From the human T2T-CHM13v2.0 reference genome, Homo sapiens, in assembly GCF_009914755.1 (NCBI RefSeq), contig NC_060946.1: a DNA stretch of 64,000 nt; one strand, given 5' to 3'. Numbering within the stretch: position 1 is the stretch's first letter; every line of letters starts with the position of its first letter. The position numbers and the translations under genes are program-made. Shown here piece after piece: positions 13,770 through 23,800 of this stretch. The notes beneath the pieces were generated by a model, which worked only from the letters and a program-made list of their open reading frames with translations, was not told where the DNA came from and did no database searches.

Positions 13770-16700
13770 CCAGCCAAGAGTAGATTCTTTATTCATTTCT
13801 CTTTTTTTTCTTAAAAAAAAAAGTATTCATTTGGTATAAAAAATAAATATTTTAAATATGACATTGAATAAATAAAAATAATCTGTCAGTATGAAACATC
13901 CCCACAGGGTACATTCATCAAAGAGGAATTTGTCACCCAAGGCCATGTGCTTTTCAGTGGAAAGGAAGGAGGGAAACCTCTAAGGCCGCACGGTGGGCCC
14001 ACGGAGCTAGCACGTGGGCGGGACTGAAGGCTGGATGCCGGGATTGAGGTGGGGAACTAGAGATGACTCTAAGGCAGGAACATCTGTACCATCTGCAGGG
14101 AAATGCTACCTCCCCGGGTGCCAGAGCTCCAACCCCACACACTATGTCTACTCTGGAGAGCCGGCAAGGCAGAGCTGGACTGGCTGGGTCAGGGTGGAAG
14201 TGCCCCAAGTCAGGGACAAGGAGGACGATGGGGACGATGGGGAGGAGAGACAAGTAAACTAGCAGTGCTTTTTAAAAAAATGTTTAAATAATAAATAAGG
14301 GCCCGGAGACATCTCTCTTGGTAAACTCTCTCTTCCTCCGGCCAGGCCCAGGTGTGGTCCACACCAGCAGATAAAAAGGGAAGAGAAACCCAGCTCCCGG
14401 CCTGGCAGAGCTGTTTCACGCAAAGGCTCTGTGATTCAGTGATGCTGTGCAGGGTGGACGCCAAGCTGCCGGACGGGATCTGGAGGGAGCACTGAGGATG
14501 GGTCCCATGGGGCCAAGTCCAGGCTGGGTGGGAGAGCGACTCAGAGCCAGGGCCGCAAGGTGGGCCTGGCACAGAGCTCCCAAGTCCACAGGGAGATGAG
14601 GTGATGGGCGAGTCAGCCGGGCCCCCCGGGTGGAATCAGCAACTCTGGTTTCCAGACAAGTTTGTCTTTCTCGAAGCCCATCCTGGGGGAATGCAGCCAG
14701 CCCCAAGCTAAGCCGGATGAAGCAGGAAGGAGAAGGCAGTCCCTGCATCCTGGACAAGGGTGAGTGTGGCCCACATCTCAACAGCCACATCCTCGTCTTG
14801 CTGTTGGGATGGACAGATGGACAACTCCGGGCCGCACCCTCCACCCCAACCCCAGGCCTCAGGACCTGCCTGCACACTGCCCACGCGCCATCCAGGTAAA
14901 GTGCTTAGAGAGCGACAGGGAAAGGTGCAAAGTGAGTGAAAAGTACCATAATTAGTACCATCATCTTGTCGGAGGAACTTGGAGGCCGGCAGCCCGCTCA
15001 GGGTTTGAGAAGAAGCCAGAACACTGCTCTGAGCAGCTGCCCCAACTCTGCTGCCTCCTTCCCTCCCCTGCTCTCAGACTGGAGGGCGTTTCTCCACTCG
15101 CCTGGCCCCAGCACAAAGGAAGAGATCGGGTTCCCTGCCTGGGAGCCCAGACATGGGTGGGAGTGGGATGGGGGTGGAGCAGGAGGGCCCACAGCTTCCT
15201 GGTCTGAGTCCCAGGCGTCTGCAGCCTCCCTCTCCTCCTCTTGGGAGCAATGGGCAGCTGATCCCCCCAGTCTACCCCACCTTCCTGGGGTCTGGCCCAG
15301 CCAGGCCCCCCGCACCGTCTATGGGTGTCCGGGCCACAGGAGGAGCTTCCCTGCTGTGTCGGAGCATGCTGGGTGCAGGGGCAGGGTTGTTCCAGGGCGC
15401 TATTTCAGAGGCAGCATGGGGACACAGAAACAAGGACAGGGTGGGCCACAAGGACTGTCTTGCCCACTGCTCCAGGGGGCACAATATCTGCCAGGAACAG
15501 TGCGCCTCACAACACAATGCTGGGGCGCCCAAGAACAGTGTGAACCAGCCCCCTGGAAGCAAGACAGAAAGGCACCCGGCCTCTCCACAAATTGGCCCAG
15601 CCCCTGCAGCCTGGACCCTGACACGCTAAAGCAAGTCACAGTAGGGGATGGGGGTGGAGCAAGGCCCCCCACTCCCACTCAGGCCTCCCCATTCTCTCAG
15701 ATCCGACCCTTCTCTGAGCTTCACCCGTAAGGCTTATTCCACTTGTAACATTGTCGACTTCCAGACCAGGCCCTGCTAAGCCCTGGCCCTGGCGCTTGTG
15801 TCGGGAGCCATCATCATATTTTGTTGAGTAGGGACCAGGGAAAGGGGAATTAACTTGGCCACTGAAAGCACCAATAAGTTAATATAAATAGGATATCATA
15901 ATAAATAGAAATCATGCCAGGTCAGACGCACAGCACGCTTGGAGCTCAGGGTTCCCTGAGACCCTGACCCTAAGTTCTGCTGTTCCCTTGCCCTGGGGAC
16001 CAGAGACGGCCTCCAGTCCCCCTCAAGTACCTCTGTGTGACCTCACAAGACCTCCCAGGGCCTCAGATGTGAGCTGCTACTCTGAGCTACCCCAGCCCCT
16101 TCTTACAGACCTTTACCCAGAGGAAGAGCCTGGGTCCCTCAGAACCTCTGCACCTGACTTAGCAACCTGCCCCTGCCCTACCCACCTCCACAAACCCCTG
16201 CTGCAGGTCCAGCCATCAGACCCTGGCCATCCCAGGCTGCAGGGAAGATCACGGGGAAGAGAACGAAGAACCTACCAAAGCTTTCCAGGCCTCTCCTCCT
16301 CCCAGTGTCTTCCTTCCCAGGCCTGAAGGTGGCTTCTCTGCCTCCCCAAGAGCCTGAATGCCAAGTGACCTCCTTCTGGAAACTTCTGCCAGATTGTTCC
16401 TATGCCCAAGTTCTCTGATCATCCTCAAAAGAAGACAGCCTTCCATCCCAGAGGCCCCTCTCTATCTTCCACTCATCAAACTTCTAGGGGACAAGGAGTC
16501 CTTTGGGATCCTAGCCCCTCTGGCCCACCTAAGTCCCAACCTAAGGGGCAGCAAAGGCACAGATGGTGATAATTTGCTGGGGGCTGGTCCACTCCCCTGG
16601 GCCCTGCTGTCTCACCCTGTGGTCAGGGCTCTTGTAGATGACTTGTGTAGTTTGTTCACTGCACAAAGTGAGCAAGGGGCCAAAGGGACAAGTAGAGGCA

Positions 16701-16968
16701 GAAGTCCAGCCCACGCTCCCCAGTCCACAATCTCCCAGAGGAAGGGGCACCTTCTTCTAGCTCCCTCCCTATGGAAGTTTCCACTCTGCTCAGCTTCATC
16801 ACAGCCCAGCCCAGAGTGGAGTGGACTGGCCAGGCACCCTCGGGGTCTGCCAGCAGCCCCCATTTGGGTTTAGCGATGCCCTGGGCCCCAGCCACCCTTG
16901 GACAGGCCCCCACATCTGGACCCAACTCCTGAGATCCCTCGGTTCACAGCACACTTCAAGACCTCCTG
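13770..16968 (-). other. LIF: LIF 3' UTR (~3.2 kb) with AU-rich element clusters at ~15875-15910, ~14283-14298 and ~13835-13880
   Basis: Minus strand reads CTATTTATTATG..CTATTTATA, CCTTATTTATTATTTAAA and TATTTATT..TATTTAAAATATTTATT; 3' end inferred from AATAAA at 13788-13793. Confidence 0.85.
13788..13793 (-). terminator. LIF polyadenylation signal AATAAA
   Basis: tttatt on + strand directly downstream of the terminal ARE block. Confidence 0.85.
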
Positions 16969-17379
16969 CTAGAAGGCCTGGGCCAACACGGCGATGATCT
17001 GCTTATACTTCCCCAGGAGTTGACAGCCCAGCTTCTTCTTCTGGAAGACATCCTTACCCGAGGTGTCAGGGCCGTAGGTCACGTCCACATGGCCCACGTG
17101 GTACTTGCTGCACAGGCGGCACAGCACGTTGCTAAGGAGGCCTCGCAGGATGTCGGCGGTGGCGTTGAGCTTGCTGTGGAGGCTGAGGGCACTGGGGTTG
17201 AGGATCTTCTGGTCCCGGGTGATGTTGCCCAGGGAGGTGCCAAGGTACACGACTATGCGGTACAGCTCCACCAGCTTGGCCTTCTCCGTGCCGTTGGCGT
17301 GGAAGGGCGGGAAGTCCGTCACGTTGGGGCCACATAGCTTGTCCAGGTTGTTGGGGAACGGCTCCCCCTGGGCTGTGTA
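16969..17379 (-). CDS. LIF: LIF exon 3 coding part
   Basis: Acceptor cctcag|TACACA; encodes YTAQGEPF...LAQAF, TAG stop; contains the FxxK LIFR-binding motif (FQKK). Confidence 0.98.
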   Translation of the reverse strand, partial: YTAQGEPFPNNLDKLCGPNVTDFPPFHANGTEKAKLVELYRIVVYLGTSLGNITRDQKILNPSALSLHSKLNATADILRGLLSNVLCRLCSKYHVGHVDVTYGPDTSGKDVFQKKKLGCQLLGKYKQIIAVLAQAF

Positions 17380-20013
17380 CTGAGGGGCAGAAGGGAGGTG
17401 ACGTGGGAGTCAGGGGTCAGTGTCCCAGCCCTGCCGCCAACCCTTTGGGCAAGCTCTTGCGTCTGTTTCCCCATCTAGCGCATGAGGACCCAACTCCTTG
17501 CCCTGTAAGCATCTGGAATTGTCATGAGAGCCAAAACTAATTGTAATGTGAGTGCCCTTGCTAAAGATCAAAGACTGAGCCATGCACGCAGTCATCATTA
17601 TCATCATCATCATCATCACCACCCTAAGGGGACAGAAGGGAAAACTCGGTGTCTAGCCCTAGCTGGGGCACCACACACAAGTACTTCCATCCCTGCACTC
17701 ACAATGTTCCGGGACGCCCCTCCATGCCCAGCACCCACAGCCCACTGCCTCTCAACCGCATCTCCCTGGTGCCTCACGCCCATTTCCCCTCCATCCCTCG
17801 CTCCCTGCAGCAGGACAATCACAAGATAAGAAGTGCCAGGTCCCCACCTTTGCACTCAGTTCTCCCCTTGCTAACTGGGCACCCTGGGGAAGCTTCCCTG
17901 GGGAAGCTTGGGCAGGAAGTGGCAGGAGTCTGGGGGTGGTTTAATCAAGCCCTCTCCCCATTCTCTCCTTCCAGCCCCAAAAGGTCCCCTCAACCCAGAT
18001 CAGGACAGCCCCTAATGATATTTACAAGCCCCCTCCCTGCCATCTCCTGTCAGTATCCCAGGGGTAACTTACATAGAGAATAAAGAGGGCATTGGCACTG
18101 CCATTGAGCTGTGCCAGTTGGCTCCTGATCTGGTTCATGAGGTTGTTGTGACATGGGTGGCGTATGGCACAGGTGGCGTTGACAGGGGTGATGGGGAGGG
18201 GGCTCCCCGCCCCATGTTTCCAGTGCAGAACCAACAGCAGGGGCACAACTCCTGGGGACAGTCAGGAAGAAGCCATGAGTAGAAAGGCAGGAAAGGGTGG
18301 CCTGGGGTCATGGCACACCGGATGGGGGTCCAACAATGGCCGCATGGGAGAGGACTCCTGGTTCCCCCTCACCACCTGCAGCTGTCTTCCTGGGGCCTAG
18401 TCTTCACTCTGTCACTGCGTGTGTTTCTCTGTCTCCCTTTCTCTACCTTAGTTCTCCCTGCTCTCTTCTGGGATGACGTAAAGATGAGGGCAAGACACAA
18501 GCCATTTCCACCCAAAGGGTGCAGGGTCCAGGAGAGACTCCCAGCCATCCCACCCTTTCCCTCAGGAAGGCAAAGGTCCTAAGGCCCCCTGGCCCTCTGG
18601 CTGGAAGGCACCAGGCCCCAGGCCCAGCAGGCACCAGGAGAAAGGAGACCCCTCTCTTCCCACCTCCCGTGGTGGCCCAGGTTCCTCAGCAGCGCTTCCC
18701 ACTCACTGGCCCATTGCAGCCCAAATCTCCGAAGCCAGGCACCCATGGGGGCCACGGGGCATGGGGGAGTGGGGAGGAGTCCTCGGTTGACCCTCATCTC
18801 CCTCCCAAACCTGCCACTTGATTCTGGCTCCCTGGGCCAATTGCCCCCAATTCTGCCCCCGCCCCCATCATCCTCTATCTCTTCCTTCCCTAGTGTCCCC
18901 TATCTCACTCAAGCTCACCCCATTTCTGCCTGGCTGTCCCCACTCTCCATCCCCAAATCATCATTCAAAACTCTCTGTTCCCCCAGCTCCGGACAGCCCC
19001 TGACTCCATGCCTTCTCCCGACTCATCCGCTGTCCCTTGTCCCAGGGGTTCCCCTCCCTCCTAACACACACACACCGGCTCAGGGAGGGAGAGGAAATGG
19101 TGCACCAGGAGAGAGAAAAGGCAAAAGGTCATAGGCAGTCGGGTGGGCGGGGAGGAAGGAAAGTGAAAGGTGACAGGAGAGCTGGGAGCTGTCCCGACAT
19201 GTCCTGGTTTGCCCCTCCCCCAGGGGGGCCTGTTCTCCCGACTCCCCCCAGGCCCCCTTAGACGCTTTTCCAGGGCTCTGCAGAAGGGCACCTGAAGATG
19301 GTGGGGGCCGGGGTCAGCGGGCGAGTGAGGCTGGAGACCTCCCCCGGATCCCCCATGCTGGAACAGCGGGGACAGGGGCCTCCTCAAGTTCACTTCTCCT
19401 GGGTCCCCTGTTCGTCCCAGCATCCCAAGGCAGTGCTGAGGCCCCGGGGTGGCTGCGGGAGGGGGGCCACACCCCTATATCTCACCTAGCGCAGACCACA
19501 CGCTTCCAGACACCAGCAGATGGAGGCGGCACCTGCTCCCGTCCCAGGCCGGAGTTTGCAAGCTGCTCGCCGCCCGCGCCCCTCCCTGGGAGCAGCCCGG
19601 GACCGCGGTTGGAAAGGAGAAAGCGGAAAGAAAGAAAGAAAAGAAAAAGAGAGAGGGAGAGTGAATCTGGGAGAAAGCGCAGAGGGAAGAGCAGCCAGCG
19701 AGTGTCCGGAGCGAGGAGGAGGAGGAGGAGAAGGAGAGGGGGAAGAAGAGGAGGAGGAGGAAGGCTCGGCGCCCCCTCCCTCGCCGCCAACCTGCCGCGG
19801 GGCGTGCGGTGCTTGGGACCATGTGCCCGCGCTCGCTCCGGGCCGCCACCCAGCGCCTCCGGTGGCTGCGCGGGCGCCCCAAGTGTTCGTGTGTCTGCGG
19901 CGGGTGGGCGTCCGGCTCGCGCTGCCAAGCGCCCCAAGTTGCCGCCGCGCCCCGCAGCGGGGACGCGAAGCCGGCGCGGGGCGGGTGTATTTACCTGCCG
20001 CCAAGACCTTCAT
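16969..20013 (-). CDS. LIF: Leukemia inhibitory factor, spliced CDS join(20013..19995, 18251..18073, 17379..16969), 202 aa IL-6 family cytokine
   Basis: Exons of 19+179+411 nt = 609 nt translate to [26 protein letters not shown]...FQKKKLGC...AVLAQAF*, the known human LIF precursor; all junctions GT-AG. Confidence 0.99.
17593..17622. repeat. (CAT)n microsatellite in LIF intron 2
   Basis: tcatcattatcatcatcatcatcatcaccacc. Confidence 0.85.
18073..18251 (-). CDS. LIF: LIF exon 2
   Basis: Acceptor ccccag|GAGTTGTG; donor CTCTAT|gtaagt; encodes [12 protein letters not shown]...NALFILY. Confidence 0.98.
19185..19204 (-). promoter_or_regulatory. p53 response element in LIF intron 1
   Basis: GGACATGTCG GGACAGCTCC, two adjacent RRRCWWGYYY-like half-sites; agrees with the known intron-1 p53 site of LIF. 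Confidence 0.8.
19290..20010. promoter_or_regulatory. CpG island in LIF intron 1 with alternative first-exon donors (LIF-M-type at 19486, LIF-T-type candidate at 19076 just outside)
   Basis: Dense CpG; donor CGCTAG|gtgaga at 19486/19485 and GAGCCG|gtgtgt at 19076/19075. LIF-M/LIF-T first exons in intron 1 are established; the exact assignment is inferred. Confidence 0.7.
19611..19764 (+). repeat. Polypurine (GAAA)n/(GGA)n tract in LIF intron 1
   Basis: Direct reading. Confidence 0.8.
19995..20013 (-). CDS. LIF: LIF coding exon 1 (LIF-D form, MKVLAA-G)
   Basis: ATG at 20013; donor GCAG|gtaaat; phase 1. Confidence 0.97.
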
Positions 20014-20076
20014 TATGGGCTGCACTTCAGAGGGCCTTGGAGGAAACCTCAGATGCCGGCAGTTTTCAGAGGTTCA

Positions 20077-20260
20077 TGCTCAAATGGGGAATTTGCCTGA
20101 TTTATATACTGGAGCCTGTGTTGTAAGACAGAAACAGCTATATTTAGCCGGGATCCCCAGTCCAGGAAGTTGTTTGAGGTGCATCATAGGAAATTATGAA
20201 TGGAAGAAAGTGAGAGTGAAGGGGGGGGACGAGTGAGGGGGGAGGGTGGGGAGAACAGAC
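20077..20260 (-). promoter_or_regulatory. LIF core promoter: TATATAAA box 20101-20108, NF-kB-like site 20086-20097, ETS core CAGGAAG 20163-20169, G-tract 20221-20250; TSS ~20077
   Basis: Motifs read directly; TATA lies ~25-30 nt above the inferred start and ~90 nt above the ATG. Confidence 0.85.
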
Positions 20261-20492
20261 TTTTTCCCTCTTCTAAGAATTTGATTGATAAAATTATAAT
20301 GAAGCCTTCGACAAAACGCCCTGTGGTTTTCCTGCCTGGCTTGTCCCGGGAGTTGTCTGAAGATGGGCATCGCCAGGAGGGGGCCCCTGGCCGAGTCAGC
20401 AGGGGTCCCAGCAGTGGGCGCCCCAGACGGCCCTGACTCACCTGGGTTTGGGGAGGTAGCGAGTCTGGACTAGCAGATGGAGACTGGCCCCT

Positions 20493-20506
20493 GTGCCCCC
20501 TGGTTG
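20493..20506 (-). promoter_or_regulatory. CTCF-like motif, reverse orientation, ~420 bp upstream of LIF
   Basis: Minus strand CAACCAGGGGGCAC, one core mismatch. Confidence 0.4.
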
Positions 20507-20821
20507 GGGGGCTTTAGGGGGGCAGTGGGAGGAGGAGGGCTAGGGCTTGGCTGAGAAGGAGGCTCCAGGAGGAGGGGCCGGGGCCGGCGTGGACTTTAGA
20601 CGGTCATAAAGTGGAACTGAACATGGGCGCTGGAAGCCACCCCAGAGGTAGCCTCCTCCAATCTGCACATTGCCACTGGGCCCCAAGGGGCTCCGAGGGG
20701 AACACGTTGCCCAGGGCCCCAGAGGGTCAGGCCTCCAGACACCACCAGTGCACTCGCCCTGCTGACCACTGTACCTGTGAGGCTGGGGAAGGGGCTAGGA
20801 AGACATGGGGGTAGGGGTGAC

Positions 20822-20865
20822 TGACTCAGTTCTGTCGGGACACTCTGGGAAGGTGCTTCTGGGAA
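20822..20865. promoter_or_regulatory. AP-1 (TGACTCA 20822-20828) plus GAS/STAT (TTCTGGGAA 20857-20865) pair ~750-790 bp upstream of LIF
   Basis: Exact consensus matches; a further TGACTCA at 20434-20440. Confidence 0.5.
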
Positions 20866-23800
20866 GGCGGTCCAGCATTTCCATTCTGAAGCAGGACTGA
20901 GAGAGGCTTGGCGAAATCGTACCCCAGTTTCCTCCTCGGGGTGCTGATTGATGGTTGGGGAAACTGAGAAGTGGCTGGTCCCTTCCAGACCTGCCTTGGA
21001 AGCCCCTTTGAGCCCAGCCTCAGAGAATGATGGAGGTCCCCAAAAAGTGCTTCTAGAGGCTCTAAGGCAGTGTCACATGTTCTGGCGTCTTCTGAGGCCA
21101 GGCGATTTGTGAATGAGGAAGGGCAGAAAGGAGCAGTGGGGAGCCGGGCAAAATGAGCACAGGGACACCTCCAAGAAATGCAACAGAAAAGTGAAAATAA
21201 ATACACCCTATGAGATGCGGGAATGCCGGCCAGACAGCATGGCCACGCGTCTGGGGCCATGCCGTCCCTAAAGCTGCCAGGGGACCCCCAGTACCAGGAG
21301 ATGATTTAGTCCCCTGTGGCCCCTTCCCAGCCCTTCCGCCTGACCCTGACCTGAGATCAAGGTGTGTGAGTTGGTTTTCCAAGGCCAGGGAGCTCTTGCA
21401 GCCTCGCCCGGGCCCCCACCGCCCCCTCGCCCATCCTCCATGCCCCCAGTTCCTGCCTCTTGCCACATCCCAGACCTGCCCAGCCACGGGTTCCTCCTTC
21501 ATCGTGCCAGGACGAGCCCTGGTGCCTGCTGCCGTTCCCCACCACACACACACCCTGCTTTATCTACGCTCTTGCCCCCCATTCTCTCCCAGCAGGGCCT
21601 CGGATGTGAGGTGATAAAACTGCCCATCCCAGCTGGCACTTCCCGAACTGGCTCTCCTTCCTCCTTCCTGCCTCTCACCCCACACCTTGTCTCTTCTTTG
21701 AGGGACCATGGAGGGCCCCACTTGGCACTTACTGCTCCTATACACTTGCTCTGGGGTCAGCGTACACTACTAGGAGACTCACCTGCCCTGGCCTGGCTCA
21801 GGTAACCCCACATCCCAGGACACCCCAGCTCAACCCTTCTTCTTACACCTCCCCCAGCATCTCCTGCACAAGGACCTGACCACTCAGAGCACGTGAGCTC
21901 TGGACCAGTCCCCAGTCCCATCCCACATCACCCAGACCCCTGCCACCTGACTCAGCCTGGCTCTCCTGACATGGACCCCAAATCCATGTGACCAGGGGCT
22001 CACTGTGGCCTCCACCCATCAAACCCCCGTCGCCCGGCCTGAGTCTCTCATTAGGCTCAAGAGTTCTGCAGCTGCCCCTACATCTACCATTCTGCCCAGT
22101 CTCCCCTGCATCCTTCCAAGCGGACCCCCAGGCCCTTGCATGCCTTCTGGCAAGGCAGACCCCACATCAGCCCTATAATCCACCCCCAATCGCTGTTTAA
22201 TCTCAGCCCCACCCCACAGGAAACAGGAAGTGAGGACAGGGTCTAGAAGACACTGACACTAAGGCCCCTTAACCCCAGCCCTGACTGGCCCCTCCAGTGC
22301 CTCAGTTTCCCCTCCTCTCACGGTACCTGACTTGGTTTGTGCTCCCCAAGTGCTCTGGGCCCCTCGGCGCCCCAGGCCCAGCCTCCCCCTCCTGTCCATG
22401 TCCAGGCACCACCTGCTCTGGGCCTCTGGAGGGAAGGCTGGGCAGGGTCTCGGAGCCGCAAGTCCGTGTGCCGCCTGCAACGTGGCTGCGGCCCCCAGGA
22501 ATCAGCCGCCCAGGCTACGCTCCAGGCCCACTTTGGTCTCTGGGAGTTTGTTTTCTTCCCTCCCTCTCTATGCTGTGTGTGTGTGTTCCCCGCCCCCGGC
22601 CGGCTCCCTCATGGAAGGCACCCTCCCTTCTTGGCTGCCGGCTCCCAGGGTCACGACCCCAGGCCCCACCCTGGAGTGGCAGCCCCGGCTTGGCCCCTTC
22701 CAGCTGTGACTTCATCCACAGCCTGTCCTGCTCCTGCAGATGGGGCCTGCTGGGGATTTGACCGGTCTCAGGGTGAGCGGGACAGTCCCGGCCACATGGG
22801 ACCCCCTGACATTGAGCAGAGGTTACTAGGCCAGAACCCAGGAGTGCTGTCTCCAGGTGGCTGTGCCATCCAACCCATCACTGCTCTCCAGGAAGGGAGT
22901 GCACCCTCTAGCACGTGCAGCTACCCAGCTGCTCGTCTTCTGCTGATTGTTACCCCCCATCCACAAGTCTCTCCTGGGATATCACAGCTGCTTATTTTCC
23001 AGATGGGGAAATTGAGGCTCAGAGAGGTGAAGATAACTATGTGGGGCTCACATAAAGAGTTAATAACAGAGCCAGGTCTGGAACCGGGGCTTCTGTCTTG
23101 CAGGCCACAACAATCCCTGCAGCACCTCTTGCTCTGAGAGGGCGAAGGGCATGGCAGGAGTGCTCGGGTCGCCTTCCTCCAGGAAGCCTCCCCTGCCTCC
23201 CATGGCCCCGACCAGCTCACATCGGCCATGTCCTGCCTGCTCGTGTTTCAAGTGGGGATGAGTCTTATTCCTCAACCTTTGAGAGTTTGAATGGGGTCTG
23301 AGACTCACTTGTGCTCTAGACAGCACCTGGCTCAGGGCTATACTCTGACATGAATAGAGGTTAAGTATTTTTTGAGAAAGCATTTTATAGTTTCCAAAAA
23401 CTGTCAGTGCCAACTCTCTTGTGGAAAGGAGATGGAGAGGCCTGAAGGTTTGAATAATGGACTCTGGCCTCATTCACAACCAGGTTGGAGGTTTGGCTCT
23501 GCCAGTTATGAGCTGAGTGACTTTGGGGAAGGGACTACCACCTCCTGGCCTCAGTTTCTTCAACTATAAAATGGGAATAATGGTACCGCCTTTGTGGGTC
23601 TGCTGTGAGGGCTCAGGGCTCAGCATGGTTCTGGGCACCCAGCAAGCCACCTGTCTGCATATCATCACCCATTGTGCTGACCTCCCTGTGAAGCAGGGGT
23701 TCATTTGACAGATGGGGAAACTTGGGTCCATGCCAGGGTGCTGAGCGGGGAAGGCTGGGCAGGAGCAAGACCTCTCAAGCCTCTGCTGATGGTAAATTGA

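Larger units (their letters stand above)
19500..20320 (+). ncRNA. LIF-AS2: Probable antisense transcript over LIF exon 1/promoter (recalled as LIF-AS2/MGC20647)
   Basis: Bidirectional CpG island and a 238-codon + strand ORF; name and extent are recalled, not derivable from sequence. Confidence 0.35.

Noticed and set aside
14936-15730. 264-aa + strand ORF antisense to the LIF 3' UTR
   Set aside because: GTG start, no domain, GC-rich composition; expected by chance.
22297-23137. Overlapping 125-266 aa ORFs upstream of LIF
   Set aside because: Non-ATG starts, P/G/A-rich, and the longest runs into a MIR; no splice or domain support.
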